Of a DNA stretch of 64,000 nucleotides, positions 1 through 12,479 are shown in pieces. The notes beneath the pieces were generated by a model. That model did no database searches. It was not told the DNA's origin and saw nothing but the letters and a program-made list of their open reading frames with translations. The stretch comes from Octopus vulgaris (lineage: Eukaryota), in NCBI GenBank assembly GCA_951406725.2, contig OX597816.1, forward strand, positions 3,472,001 through 3,536,000. The letters run 5' to 3'. Position 1 is the first letter of the stretch; every line of letters begins with the position of its first letter. A program made the position numbers and the translations under genes.

Positions 1-139
1 CCATCTACCAAATCCACTCACAAAGCTTTGGTCAGCCCGAGGCTATAATAGAAGACACTTGTGCAAAGTGCCACACAGTGGGATTGAATCCAGAACCATG
101 TGGCTGGTAAGCAAGCTACTTACCACACAGCCACTCCTG
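1..139 (-). mobile_element. tRNA-derived SINE type A, 5' part (truncated by window edge)
   Basis: Reverse complement matches the head of the copies at 29208 and 59242 (CAGGAGTGGCTGTGTGGTAAG...GGTTCAGTCCCACTG...TTGGGCAAGTG-like), with pol III A/B-box-like motifs. Confidence 0.85.
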
Positions 140-224
140 TGTCTGGGAAGAATAAATGTAAAAAAGTTACTGATCCAAGGCAGGGAAAAATGAGATTGTG
201 TGATATTCAACTATTCCTTGTAGC

Positions 225-575
225 ATGAAGTTTGCTTCCCAACCACATGGTTCTGGGTTCAGTCCCACTGTCCGGTACTTTGGGCAAGTGACTTCTGTTA
301 TAGCCTGGGGCTGACCAAAGCCTTGTAAGTGGATTTGGTAGACGGAAACTGAAAGAAGCTCGTTGTAAATTTATATGTATGTGTGTCTTTGTGTCTGTGT
401 TTGTCCTCCAACATTGATTGAAAGCCGGTGTTGGTGTATTTACATCCCTATAACTTAGCAATTCTTCTAAAGAAACTGATAGAATAAGTACTGAGATTTA
501 AAAATAAAAATAAGTACATTGGTCATTTTGATGGCCTAAATTTCTTCCAGGCAGTGCCCCAGCATAGCTGCAGGG
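225..575 (+). mobile_element. SINE type A, diverged copy
   Basis: Colinear similarity to 29208-29610 (ccaaccacatggttctgggttcagtcccactg ... gatttggtagacggaaactgaaagaagc ... gatagaataagtact). Confidence 0.8.
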
Positions 576-609
576 TAAAAAGAAAGTGAAACTCATATTC
601 ATGCAAGAA

Positions 610-991
610 CTAGCAGTATCGCCCGGTGTTGCTCGGGTTTGTTTCGACCCTTTAGAATTGGAATTTTTGAAAAGTAAAAATGTTGCATTATGTAGCTTGT
701 TATTCTCTTTAAGTGGACGTTTTTCTAGTTGAAATACACCGAAAAATGGCGACACAGCAGTAAAAAAATAGGGATTTTCATAGGAAAAAAGCACTTTTTT
801 TATGTAAATAATTTTTAGTGTTGCCGTGGTCTGATTTGAATTTTTTCTTCAACGGAAGGAAGAGCAAGCCTTCTTCTATCATACTCTCAATTTTGGTCAA
901 CTTGTGCCACAGGGTCTCGGAGGAGATAGTGTTAGTTGAAGGCTACCAAACCTGCCATACACAGACAACTTCAGCTTTATATAGATATAGA
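610..991 (-). mobile_element. Non-autonomous Helitron
   Basis: On the minus strand it starts TC (991-990) and ends with an imperfect hairpin (cccgagcaacaccggg) followed by CTAG (613-610). It is inserted between A and T with no TSD, which are the canonical Helitron termini. Confidence 0.75.
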
Positions 992-1271
992 TTAGCTCTG
1001 TGCATGAGTTATTTCCCTTGGTTTAGAATTCTGAGACTTGTTAACGAAACCAGTGCAGTGTATCTCACACATCAAACACTGTTTGTAAGAAATTATATAA
1101 AATAATAAAATGTAACTTTATTAAAAAAAAGCATCAGGTTTCTCTCATTGTATTATATTATCAATGAAATTATCCACATCCTTTTAAAGGAATTTTATTC
1201 TTTTGACTTATTAATAAGGGTGGGTCTCCAAAAAGTCCTCTTTTACAAGTCTTTCCATCAATGAATATTTC

Positions 1272-1633
1272 TTACCTCCACCTTAACGAAAGCAGAGGTA
1301 TTGTTTTCAGTCGTGTTTGTTTGTTTGTTTGTTTGCCCATGGATAAGATGTCTCAAGAACCGATGGATGAAACTTTCAGAGATGTTTGGCCTCGTGACTG
1401 GCATGAACTGATTAGATTTTGGTATAGATCCGGTACCGGACAAGGATTCTGGATTATTTTTTGTTCTTTTTTAATTACTTTTTGAGAATGACCAGGTTCA
1501 TTTTTTAGTATTCTCGTTTGTGAGAGCAGTCGGGTTTATTTCAGATATTCTCATTTTAAAAATCATCTCTGGTTAATTGTTGAGAGAACGTCGGTGTTGC
1601 CTTGGCAGAGGTTTGTGCTCTCTGAGTGCTTTT
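1272..1633 (+). mobile_element. Helentron-associated (DINE-1/HINE-like) non-autonomous element
   Basis: TT start, subterminal IR acctccacc/gcagaggt, internal (GTTT)n, second subTIR ggcagaggt, 3' stem-loop gtgctc-tct-gagtgc, then a T-run. Confidence 0.65.
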
Positions 1634-1795
1634 ATTATTATTATCATCATTGTTTTTATCTCCTTCCATTCTTACTGATATGAGTTGGAGGGAAACTTTT
1701 TGAAGCAGTGTTTCATGAGCAAACATCTTCCCTGATGCTAACCCTCTCGCTTAGTTGCTTCTTATGATATGCAGGGATACAATGTATCTATTCTA

Positions 1796-2342
1796 TTGGG
1801 TTGTCCGGAAAGTTCGTGCTGATTTTTAAAAGAAAGAAAAAGGTCAATAAATATTTGCCAAATATGAACCATTTTGTTGCACAATGCGTCGCCATCTTTC
1901 CTTTAACTTGAAAATACCCTCTTCCCAAAATTGAGGTGGTTTCAAGGCAAAGAATTCATTAAGATATCTTTTTACATCATCCAAGGAATTGAGATTTTTA
2001 CCATTAAGACTTTTCAGCAGAGACCTGAATAAGTGGAAATCAGAAGGAGCAATATCTGGTGAATATGGAGGGTGGGGTAACACATCCCAGCCGAGCTGCA
2101 GCAATTTTTGTCTGGTTCCCAAAGCCTCAAGTGCTGAAAATGAACTTTCTTATCTTCCATTTTAAAGGGTTACAGAATTAACACAGGTTATAGGAACATA
2201 AACCTTCTTCCACAAAAACATAGCTTAAACTGTGCTCTAAATGGAGGCGTAGTCAAATCCTATTTTATGGACTCAAACATGTTCTAAAATGAGTCGAAAG
2301 ATAAGCTGCTATAAATTGGCACAAACTTTCCGGACAACCCAA
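1796..2342 (-). mobile_element. Internally deleted mariner (Tc1/mariner) transposon
   Basis: TIRs ttgggttgtccggaaagtt / aactttccggacaacccaa with TA on both sides. The minus ORF 1844-2122 contains the transposase C-terminal motif HPPYSPDIAPSDFHLF...WRRIVQQNGSY. Confidence 0.92.
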
Positions 2343-2349
2343 TATATTG

Positions 2350-4130
2350 TCATCATCGTCATCATTGTAATTTAGCATTTGCTTTCCATGCTGTCATGGG
2401 TTGGATGCTTTGACTGGAACTGACAAGTTGGAGAGCTGCACCAAGTTCCAGTCTGGTTTGGCATGGTTTCTACAGCGGGATCATCATCATTATCATCATT
2501 GTTTAATGTCCGCTTTCCATGTTGACTGAAGAATGGCAAGCCAAGAGGCTGCACCAGGCTCCAATCTGACCTGACAAGGTTTCTACAGTTGGATGCCCTT
2601 CCCAATACCAACCACTCTGAGAGTGTAGTAGGTGCTTTTTATGTGCCACCAGCACAAGAGCTAGTCAGGGGGCACTGGCATCAACCATGTTCGGATGGTG
2701 CTTTTTACATTCTACCAGCAAGAGGAGCCAGTCAGGTGGCACTGGCATCGATCCATGCTTGAATGGTGTTTATTACATGTCACTAGTATGGTTGCCAGTC
2801 AGGTGGCATTGACATCGGCCACAACTACAATTTCCATTTTGATTTTGATTTCAATTTTACTTGATTCATCGGTCTTCTCAAGTGCAGTTTATTGCCCAAT
2901 GATTGAAGGGTGCTTTTAAATGGGCTGGTTATGCAACACTGGCATCAGCCATGGCTGTGATCTCACTTTACTTGCCAAATCTTATCAATCACAGCATATC
3001 TCCAGAAGTCTCGGTCTTTCGTCATTGCCTCTGTGAGGCCCAACGTTTGGAGGTCATGCATCACCACCTCATCCCATGTCTTCCTGGGTCTACCTCTTCT
3101 ATGGGTTCCTTCCACTGTTAGAGTGTGACACTTCTTCACACTGCTCTCCTTATCCGTACACAGCACATGACCATACCAGCACAGTCGTCTCTCTTGCACA
3201 CCCCATCTGATGCTTCTTATGTCCAACTCTTCTCTCAGGGCATATACACTCTGTTGTGTATACGCACTGACATTACGCATCCATTGGAGCATACTAGTTT
3301 CGTTTCTTTCATTCCTACGTATGTCCTCAACAGTCATGGCCCATGTTTCACTGCCATGTAGCATGGCTGTTCGCACACATTCATCATATAGTCTACCTTT
3401 CACTCTGAGGGAGAGGCCCTTTGTCACCAGTAGAGTTAGGAGCTTTCTGAACTTTGACCAGGCTATTCTTCTTCTAGTGGTAACGCTCTCAGAGCATCCA
3501 CCCCCACTACAGACTTGGTCTCACAGGTTGTGAAGGCTATCAACTACTTCTGGTTTCTTCCCCTGGCAGGTGATGGAATCTGTTTTCTGTACATCTTCAG
3601 TGTTTATTGCTCCTGTGCATCTACTGCACACAAAAACTATCTTCCTGGTTAACCTTCCTTTCATATTGCTGCACCTCTTATGTGTCCATAGCTTACACTG
3701 GGTACATCTTATGGAGTTTCAACCTATGCCTTTTCTACAGATCGAGCAGGGCCATCTACCTGAAAGGGTTTGTGATTTGTCCACCTTCCTACTTACTCGA
3801 ACTTTGGTTTTTCTAGGTTGACTCTTAGGCTCTTCAATTCTAGACCTTGCTTCCTCACTTGAAATTTCATCTATAGATCTGGTAGTGACTCAGCTATTAG
3901 AGCAAGGTCATCAGCATAGAGGAGCTCCCAGGGGCAGCCTGTTTTGAATTCCTCTGTTATTGCCTGGAGGACTATGATAAATAGGAGGGGGCTGAGGACT
4001 GATCCTTGGTGAACCCCTACTTCTACCTGGAATTCTTTGCTATACTTGTTGCCAACCCTCACCTTACTGACAGCATCTCTGTACAGGGATTGTACAACTC
4101 GTCTATCTCTAGTTTCTGCATTGACCACCA
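2350..4130 (-). mobile_element. RTE-clade LINE, 5'-truncated and degenerate (RT + C-terminus + 3'UTR)
   Basis: RT motifs GVHQGSVLSPLLF and LLYADDL (3871-4128). C-terminal MLHGSETW, WYGHV and RRGRPRKTW (2963-3427). 3'UTR has ~50-bp tandem subrepeats and (GAT)n tails near 2350 and 2480. Confidence 0.9.
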
Positions 4131-4549
4131 GATAAGGGATAAGGGATAGTGTGCCTGCATAGCCAAGCCTAGGGCTAGCACAAGTAACTGATACTGATAG
4201 TAAATATGGATATTTTTATCATTTAGACAGTTACTATAACTGCTAACTCTGCTTAACTTATGTGTGTATATATATATATATATATATAAATGTGTTTTGC
4301 CATGGTTTCTACAGTTGGATGCCCCTCTTAACACCACTGACTTTGGCTGTGTGTCTGTTGGTTGCATTTTATGTGGCACCAGCACTAGTGAAGTCACCAA
4401 GTACCTTGCAAGACAAAAAGAAAAAGTTTCCACAACTTTGTGGAGTTGTAGTAGTAGTAGTAGTAGTGGTGGTGGGTGGAGGTGCCTTTATGCCAAATAT
4501 GAAAAAGTTAAAGTATGGTAGAGGAACAGGCACAGGTGTGAGAGAAAAG

Positions 4550-4780
4550 GCAGTGAGCTGGCAGAATCATTAGCACACTGGGCGAAATGTGTAGCCGTAT
4601 TTCGTCTGGCGTTACGTTCTGTGTTCAAATTCCGCCGAGGTCGACTTTGCCTTTCATCCTTTCGGAGTCGATTAAATAAGTACCAGTTATGCACTGGGGT
4701 CGATATAATCGACTTAATCCGTTTGTCTGTCCTTGTTTGTCCCCTCTGTGTTTAGCCCCTTGTGGGTGGTAAAGAAATAT
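4550..4780 (+). mobile_element. SINE type B (tRNA-like head + Deu/Nin-like domain)
   Basis: gagctggcagaa...gttcaaattccgccgaggtcgactttgcctttcatcctttcgg...aagtaccag; repeated more than 15 times in the window. Confidence 0.85.
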
Positions 4781-5974
4781 ACAGAAAAGGTTCAAGGCTC
4801 CTTTGCATTGTATAAGAGAAGGTGGGAAGATGATAGAGATGTTGGTAACAAGGTGTCAGAACCCAGCCTCAAGGTACAAGAGGGATGAGGAAGGATGGTG
4901 GATAAGTTTATAAGAGTGTGGGAGGAGAGTGACTGGTGGCTAGAGATGGGGGAGTGGGTAGAGGTTAATGTAGTAAATGGAACAAAGGTGGAAGTATGGT
5001 TGATGGGAAGCATCAGCATGGTGGGGGGAAACAGGTAAAAGAGAAAGCTCAGAAAGGAAGGGGGGGTGGGTTGGTGATAAGTGGTGGTGGAGGAGGAACA
5101 GGGTGGAGGGCAGGAGTATAATATACCTGTAGATAGATCAGAAAATCGGGAGAGAGAGAGAGAGAGAAAAACTGGAGATTAATGCAGGTTTCTGGCTTAT
5201 TGGTGCTTGTCAAACCACCCTATCCATCCAGCATGGATAATTGATGTTAAATGATGACCACACACACATATACACACACATACACACACACACACTCATT
5301 GCTATGTTTGGAAACCGGTGAAGGTTGGTGACAGGAAGGTCATCCAGCTTTATAAAATCTGCCTCAACAAATTCCTTCTGATCCATGCCAACATGGAAAA
5401 AGTGGACGTTAAAATGATGATCGTGGACGTCTTTCATTTTTTCATCTTTACAAATTCACTCACATGCTTTGGTGGGTCCAGTGTTATGTTTGAAGAGATG
5501 TCCGAGGTGCCCTGCTGAAGGACTGAATCCAAAACCATGTCTGTATGTATTTATGTTCATGTATGCACACACACACACACACACACATACACACACACAC
5601 ACACACACATGATGATGATAATGATCACATGACTTAAGGGTCAATCTCTCTGCATAGCATTTTATTAAAGCCCCGAGCAGATCAAAAGTCAAAAACCTTG
5701 TGAGTCAATATGTTTGGGAGATGGAAACTGAAAGAAACCCATTGTGTATGTGCGTGTGTGTGTGTGTGCATATGTGTATATATGTATATATGTCCATTTG
5801 TGACTTGTGTGCCCTTGTCTTGACATGGTGTGAGGGATGTCTTTGTACAACAAGGGTGGGGGTGGGGGTTGTCAGTATCCAATGTTGTATGAAAATATGA
5901 CCAACCCTGAGGAAAATATTACTTTGCTTGGAAAGAGGTGAGGGTTAGCAAGAGGACAGATATGTTAAAACCAT

Positions 5975-6215
5975 TATGATGATGATGATACTGATAGTGA
6001 TGATATTGATGATGATGATGATATATTATGATAATGCTGATGATGATGATACTCATAGAAATGATATTGATGATGATGATATATTATGATAATGCTGATG
6101 ATGATGATAATACTCAGAGATGATATTGATGATGATGATGATGATATTAATGATGATGGTGATGATGATGATATTGATGATGATATTAATGATGATGGTG
6201 ATGATGATGATATAT
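5975..6215. repeat. (GAT)n-rich intronic microsatellite with internal duplications
   Basis: Direct sequence; it produces the spurious poly-Asp N-terminus of ORF 6086. Confidence 0.9.
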
Positions 6216-6244
6216 TACTGATTATAATTTTTGCTCTTTTTCAG

Positions 6245-7372
6245 AGATTTTTATTCAAGTTTAATTTGAGGAGTTTTACCAGTTTCCGTTTTTCCCACAT
6301 TGGGAACCAGGATTTCTGTTTGAATCAAATCTGTTTTATTACCAATTCATCAGAAGAACATATCTGGCGGCAAAAATACTTGACTGAAAAGCTTGCTTGT
6401 GAAGAAACTCAGTCTCTAGATTTCCTCAAACGTAATTACAGGATTGTGAAAATGACCCGATTCAAGTTCAAAAGCCTCGTGGATTTATTTGCTGACCATT
6501 CAATCAGCGGCCATGATGTTCTCACCTATCCTGACATCTTTAAACGTAAATATGAAACTGTTAAGTCAAGGATTGAAAGCTTGAGGAATAATACCGATCA
6601 AAAACATATCCGTCTTTGGATGATTAATGTCACAAATAAAGACTTTAATCATCGGTACGATACCTATTTGAAGGATACGCATGCACGGCAAGAATACCAG
6701 GACAAAAAGAGTCTTCTTGTTGACTATTTGGGTTGTTCAGAAGCTAAAATCCAAAAAATTTTAGAGACCTCAGAATGGTTAGAAAAATCTAAGTTGTCAA
6801 CGATACAGAAGAAATTGGAACACTCATTAGTCATTGATGAAGAACTAAAGACAATTATTCCAGAGAAGATTTGGTTATTAGCATATTCAGCTGAAGATAT
6901 TGAAAGGAAGCTAACAACATTGAAGAAACATAAAATTCCTTCTTTTCTCTGGAGACATTGTTTATCTCCAATAATGAAAGCTGAAAACGAGGAATTTGAT
7001 TTAATGGTTAAATCCTTGGCTGAGAAGGCATCAATCTATGGAGATTGCCAGAGTACCAAAGAATATCTCTGTAAACACCTTGGTTGTAATGGTAGCACTG
7101 TTGATGTTATGGTAAAGAAATACCCACATCTGTTGTCTGTGAAAATACGAAAGATACAATACATTTTAAACTTCTTGCGAAATGAGTGTGGCTTTTCTGT
7201 TGCGGAGATCATTAATTATTCACGTGTGTTTAAATTCAGTAAAGAAACAATAAAACTCAGGTATTTCGAATTAAGAGAATTTGGTGACGATGTCCCTTCG
7301 CTTCTGTACATAACAAAAGATGGTAAAAAGTACACAGAACTCATTGAAAGACTCAATAAAACTACAATATAA
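6245..7372 (+). CDS. mTERF-family mitochondrial transcription termination factor, terminal coding exon (~375 aa; start codon in an upstream exon)
   Basis: Strong acceptor ttttgctctttttcag ends at 6244, with a branch-like tactgat upstream. An uninterrupted 1128-nt frame runs to TAA. The start (RFLFKFNLRSFTSFRFSH) is Arg/Phe/Ser-rich like a presequence. Repeated mTERF-like helical modules: YLGCSEAKIQKILE; HLGCNGSTVDVMVKKYPHLL; FLRNECGFSVAEIINYSRVFKFSKETIKLR. Confidence 0.82.
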   Translation, partial: RFLFKFNLRSFTSFRFSHIGNQDFCLNQICFITNSSEEHIWRQKYLTEKLACEETQSLDFLKRNYRIVKMTRFKFKSLVDLFADHSISGHDVLTYPDIFKRKYETVKSRIESLRNNTDQKHIRLWMINVTNKDFNHRYDTYLKDTHARQEYQDKKSLLVDYLGCSEAKIQKILETSEWLEKSKLSTIQKKLEHSLVIDEELKTIIPEKIWLLAYSAEDIERKLTTLKKHKIPSFLWRHCLSPIMKAENEEFDLMVKSLAEKASIYGDCQSTKEYLCKHLGCNGSTVDVMVKKYPHLLSVKIRKIQYILNFLRNECGFSVAEIINYSRVFKFSKETIKLRYFELREFGDDVPSLLYITKDGKKYTELIERLNKTTI

Positions 7373-7417
7373 CATTGTACCTGATAGTTTAAAGAATTTT
7401 TATTTTGAATTCTATTG

Positions 7418-7755
7418 ACAAGGGTAGCTGTGTGGTTGAGAAGTTTGTGTCCCAGCCTCATGGTTTCAGGTTCAGTCCCACTGTGTAGCACACCTGGGAC
7501 AGGTGTCTTCTGTTTCAGCTCCAGGCCAATCAAAGCCTTGGAAGTGGACATGGTAAATAGAAGCTGAATAGACTCCATCATGTGTGTGTGTGTATGTGTG
7601 TATAACTCATCGTCACCATCATGTGGTGATGTTGTTCTTTTGCAGTCTTCCATGGCCAATCAAAGCCTTGGAAGTGGACATGGTAAATAGAAGCTGAATC
7701 CAGACTCCATCATGTGTGTGTGTGTATGTGTGTATAACTCATCGTCACCATCATG
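7418..7755 (+). mobile_element. SINE type A fragment with ~100-bp local duplication
   Basis: gtagctgtgtggttgagaag...ggttcagtcccactg; 7524-7623 is repeated at 7654-7755. Confidence 0.7.
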
Positions 7756-8520
7756 ATCGGTTGGTGCTTTTTACGTGTCACCAGCACGGATGCCAGTCAA
7801 GGCGGCGCTGGCATCGGCTACGTTTGGATGGTGCTTTTTACGTGCTACCAGCACGGGTATCACAATTACAATATCCATTTGATTTTTATTTTGATGTTGA
7901 CGTACTTGACTCAGTAGGTTTCCTCAAGCACAGCAGGTCACCCTACAATCCAAGGTTAGCACAGCAGGCTGACCTGCAAGCTATGAACTCACTTCATTTG
8001 TCGTGTCTTCACAGTCACAGCATATCTCCAGAGGTCTCGGTCTTTCATCATAGCCTCTGTGAGGTCCAACGTTCGAAGGTCATGCTTGACCACCTATATA
8101 TATATATATATCATCATCATCATCATCATCATCATTTAGCGTCCGTTTTCCATGCTAGCATGGGTTGGACAGTTCTGCTGGGGTCTGTGAAGCCAGAAGG
8201 CTTCATCAGGCCCAGTCAAATCTGGCAGTGTTTCTACGGCTGGATGCCCTTCCTAACGCCAACCACTCCGTGAGTGTAGTGGGTGCTTTTTACGTGCCAC
8301 CCGCACTGGTGCCAGCCAGAGCTGGCAAACGGCCACGAACGGATGGTGTTTTTTATGTGCCACCGGCACGAGGGCCAGGCGAGGCTGGCAACGAACACGA
8401 AACGGGGCGGTGCTGGCAACGGTCGCGAAACGGAAGGTTCTCTTACATGCCACCGGCACTGGTAACACATCTGCAATTTCCATTGATCGATTTCCATTGA
8501 TCGATTTCGATTCTGATCCA
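7756..8520 (-). mobile_element. Two RTE LINE 3'-end/3'UTR fragments
   Basis: Homologous to 2350-3070 (cacagcatatctccagaggtctcgg; ggtgctttttacgtgccacc subrepeats; catcatcatttagcgtccgttttccatgc tail). Confidence 0.8.
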
Positions 8521-8864
8521 TATATATATATATATATATTTAAAACGAAGTAAACTTGTAAGGTACTGTACAAGTGAAAATATATAGGAAAGAAGGTTTG
8601 AAAATGCATAGGTCTTTGATAATGATAAGAAAATGTTAAGAGATAGATTCTATTTTTCAACATTTTCTTATCATTATCAAAGACTGTATAACTGTATCTT
8701 AATACAATTATGATAACCATTTTTTTAACACAACAAAGCTTATACAAAGCTTTACATTTTACTTTTGATAATCTTTTTTTAAAAAAGTGAAACCAGTCAA
8801 GTCAATAACCATCTTTAAAAGACCTCTGCATTTTCAAACCCTCTTTCCTATATATATATTGAGC

Positions 8865-9191
8865 CCCATGCTAGTAGGGTGCTAAGAGCACCATCCGAGC
8901 GTGATCGTTGCCAGAGCGGCTAACTGGTTTCTGTGCCGGTGGCACGTAAAAGACACCATTCGAGCGTGATCGTTACCAGCATGACCTTACTAGCATCTGT
9001 GCCGGTGGCACGTAAAAGCAGCCACTACACTCTCGGAGTGGTTGATGTTAGGAAGGGCATCCAGCTGTAGAAACTCTGCCAGATCAAGATTGGAGCCTGG
9101 TGCAGCCATCTGGTTCGCCAGCCCTCAGTCAAGTCGTCCAACCCATGCTAGAATGGAAAGCGGTGTTAAACGATGACGATGATGATGATGA

Positions 9192-9195
<4 letters not shown>
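8865..9195 (+). mobile_element. RTE 3'UTR-derived fragment with (GAT)n tail
   Basis: ggtggcacgtaaaa subrepeats, ggaagggcatccagctgtagaaac, ends aaacgatgacgatgatgat. Confidence 0.75.
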
Positions 9196-9268
<73 letters not shown>

Positions 9269-9443
9269 ATAATAAGAAAAAAGGAAGACCTTTGTTGTAG
9301 CGCACCTAATTAGTGCTCAAAAATATAGCAGGACTCAAAGTGGATGAGAGATTTTCGTAGGTCAACTTCCTTTATTATGGGAATACAAAATACATAAGAA
9401 GTTCATCGAGATATTAGGTTTCAATATATATATAATGTATGTG

Positions 9444-9741
9444 TGTGGAGACGCAATGGCCCAGTGGTTAGCCCAGCGGACTCGCGGTTGTAGGATCACG
9501 GTTTCGATTCCCAGACCAGGCATTGTGAGTGCTTATTGAGCGAAAACACCTAAAGCACCACGAGGCTCCGGCAGGGAGGGTGGCGATCCCTGCTGTACTC
9601 TTTCGCCACAACTTTCTCTCACTCTTCTGTTGGCCTGCTCGCTTAGCCAGCGGGGTGGCGTCATTTGAAGGCTAAAACAATACGAAGCGCATTGTGACCA
9701 GCGATGTAGCAACATCTGATAGCCTGGGTGATCACGGTGAT
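9444..9741 (+). mobile_element. tRNA-derived SINE type C
   Basis: Head tggcccagtggttag...ggtttcgattccca (A/B boxes); homologous to 38022-38335. Confidence 0.85.
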
Positions 9742-9751
9742 ATATATCTCA

Positions 9752-9890
9752 CGTGACAAACCTGGCTATCAGATGTTGTTATATAACGCTGGTCACAATG
9801 CATTTTGCATTGTTTTGTGGCTAGACAAGCAGGCCAACATTTACCTTGATTGAAAGAGGAACTGGAGCAACGTGAAATGAAGTGTTTTTG
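9752..9890 (-). mobile_element. SINE 3' fragment inverted relative to the preceding copy
   Basis: atcagatgttgttatataacgctggtcacaatgc is close to the reverse complement of the 9688-9720 tail. Confidence 0.7.
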
Positions 9891-10141
9891 TGGGTTGTAG
9901 CGGAGGGTTAGGGGCCCCAGTTGCAACTGACCTAATCCAAGATAGGTTCCATACATTGCTTGTACACAATTGTAATTCTTTTTGTTCCGGTGCTGGTATC
10001 AGGGGAAAAGTACCCCGGCCACTTTGTAAAGTAGTTGACGCAAGGAAAGGACATCCAGCCATAGCAGTTATGCCGAACGGACCCAGCAGGTGCTGGGGCC
10101 ACGTAAAAAGCACACTCATCACCCAGTCACACACCCATCTG

Positions 10142-10238
<97 letters not shown>

Positions 10239-10263
10239 ATGTAAGTATACCTGTTCAACTAAC

Positions 10264-10550
10264 TCTGGTTCCCAAACTTTTTCGGGCTGCCGCCCCCTTG
10301 GCATCCTGTCCATATCCTTAATACCCCACCCCCAATTAACCATCACAAGCATAAACCTCTTTCTGAAGCAAATCCAAACCAGTTGCATTTCACAATTAAA
10401 ACTTAACATAATGAACCCATTATTTTGTTTGTTTTTACATGAATCGCTACCCTCATTATCACCCCACTTTTCTTCAACGCCCCCTTGGAATCTTCCACCG
10501 CCGCCAGAGGGGTGGGGGGGCAGTACTGCCCACTTTGGGCACCGCCGGTC
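10264..10550. mobile_element. Probable hAT (Charlie-type) MITE
   Basis: Degenerate TIRs ctggttcccaaact / actttgggcaccgccg with GC-rich subterminal blocks. Confidence 0.45.
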
Positions 10551-10684
10551 CAACTGCATGTCTGCCTCCAGAACCCGTTGCTATATCTCTACAATACATC
10601 ATTCCTCTCTCTCTCTCTCTCTCTGTAGAATGCTTCCCTCCCCACTGCCTCCGCAGTGGTTGTGGTGTGTGTGGTTGCATCTTC

Positions 10685-11471
10685 AGCACACACACGCATC
10701 TGCACACACACACACACACGCATCTGCACACACACACACACACGCTTCTGCACACACATACACACACACACGCATCTGCACGCACACACACACACACACG
10801 CATCTGCACCCCCACGCATCTGCACACACACACACTTACACATACACACACACACGCATCTGCACCCCCCCACCACACACACGCATCTGCACACACACAC
10901 ACGTATCTGAACACATACACACACACACAGACTGCCCCATCCCAGAAATTGCTGACATCAGAGACACACTCGGCGGGAAGCGTAAACTATTGCCTACGAA
11001 AGTACTTTGCGATGTACTGAAATGCAGTTTACTTGTATCTCTTTACACTAGACGTGGTGGCACCGGTTGGACTCAACCTGGTGCGTGTTTATATCTGTTT
11101 ATTTAGGAGAAACATTACTGAAACATTAGAAATCTCATTTCCTGCATTTTATCGTCGTTTAAATCGTCGTAATAATCACCGTCGTCAGCGCCGTCGGCTT
11201 CACCACCAGTGACGTCATCAAATCCACCGCCGCCGCCATCGCTACAGGGGCCACTGTCACTATCCCCAACGCCACCACCACCATCGCCAGCACCATCAAC
11301 ATCACCACCACCAGCACCATCATTATCATCATCATCGGTATCATTACAATCCATTAGCACTACCATCATCATCATCATCATCATTGTCATCATCCTCATC
11401 TTTTAACAGCATTGTCATCATCACTACCACCCCCACAACCACCATTATCATCATCATCATCATTACTGTAG

Positions 11472-11504
<33 letters not shown>

Positions 11505-11660
11505 ATATCACTACCAAAGAAAATAGTACCGCAGAAGCAGCAGCAGCAGCAGGAGCACCACCACCACCACCACCACCGCTACCACCACCACCGCTACCAC
11601 CACCACCGTCACCACCATCACCACCACCACCATCACCACCACCACCACCACCACCACGGC
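10685..11660. repeat. Compound (CA)n/gcatctgca minisatellite and (CAT)/(CAC) microsatellites
   Basis: Direct sequence; a short unique stretch at ~10930-11160 separates the two blocks. Confidence 0.8.
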
Positions 11661-11779
11661 AGAAGTTACTGCAACCCTAACTAATAATACAACCGATAAG
11701 AAGACCTGTATTGGATTATGTGAAGGAGAATTTACAAATCGCTATGCCAATCACACAGCCTCCTTCCGACCTTGGGACA

Positions 11780-12030
11780 AAAGTAAAGCTACGAAGTTGG
11801 CTATCGTACGTATGGACTTTGAAAGATAACGAAACATCGCAAATGATTAAATGGAAATTAATTGAGAAAACCATACCTTATGGGAATGGATCGAATAAAT
11901 GCAGACTTTGTTTGGCTGAAAGAGCACAGATCCTGTTCAGATCTAAGATCCCTCTATTGAACTCCAGGTCAGAAATTTTCACTAGTTGCATGCATATGTA
12001 TAAATATATTTTGAAGAACTGGAAAATTCC
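11780..12030 (+). mobile_element. Penelope-like element, C-terminal GIY-YIG endonuclease fragment
   Basis: LSYVWTLKD...IKWKLIEKTIPYGNGSNKCRLCLAERAQIL...LLNSRSEIFTSCMH resembles the conserved CxLCLxE...LN.RSE...C.H end of PLE ORFs. Confidence 0.7.
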
Positions 12031-12239
12031 ATCTGTTCCTGACTTGATATCTTTCCAGCCTTATCATTTAACGTCTAAGGAGGATAACTCTTTTAGCTTT
12101 TTACTTTTTATTTTTTACATTTTAGTTTCCGTTTTTCGTTTTCCGTTCTTTACTGTCTGCGTTTTCAATATGCTACCTTCTTAGTTTTTCTGCGTTTCTT
12201 CTATTATTCAATTGTTTTTTTTAGCTCATTATGATACTC

Positions 12240-12448
12240 TCTTTACTCTTTTTACTTGTTTCAGTCATTTGACTGCGGCCATGCTGGAGCACCGCCTTTA
12301 ATCGAGCAACTCGACCCCGGGACTTATTATTTTGTAAGCCCAGTACTTATTCTATCGGTCTCTTTTGCCGAACCGCTATGTGACGGGGACATAAACACAC
12401 CAGCATCGGTTGTCAAGCAATGCTAGGGGGACAAACACAGACACACAA

Positions 12449-12479
<31 letters not shown>

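Noticed and set aside
6086-6244. Asp-rich N-terminus of the 428-aa ORF
   Set aside because: (GAT)n microsatellite upstream of a strong splice acceptor; intronic.
10090-11106. 338-aa ORF and overlapping ORFs
   Set aside because: Dominated by (CTAT), (CTGT) and (CA) repeats. A minus-strand acceptor-like ctgcatttcag near 11020 gives no recognisable peptide.
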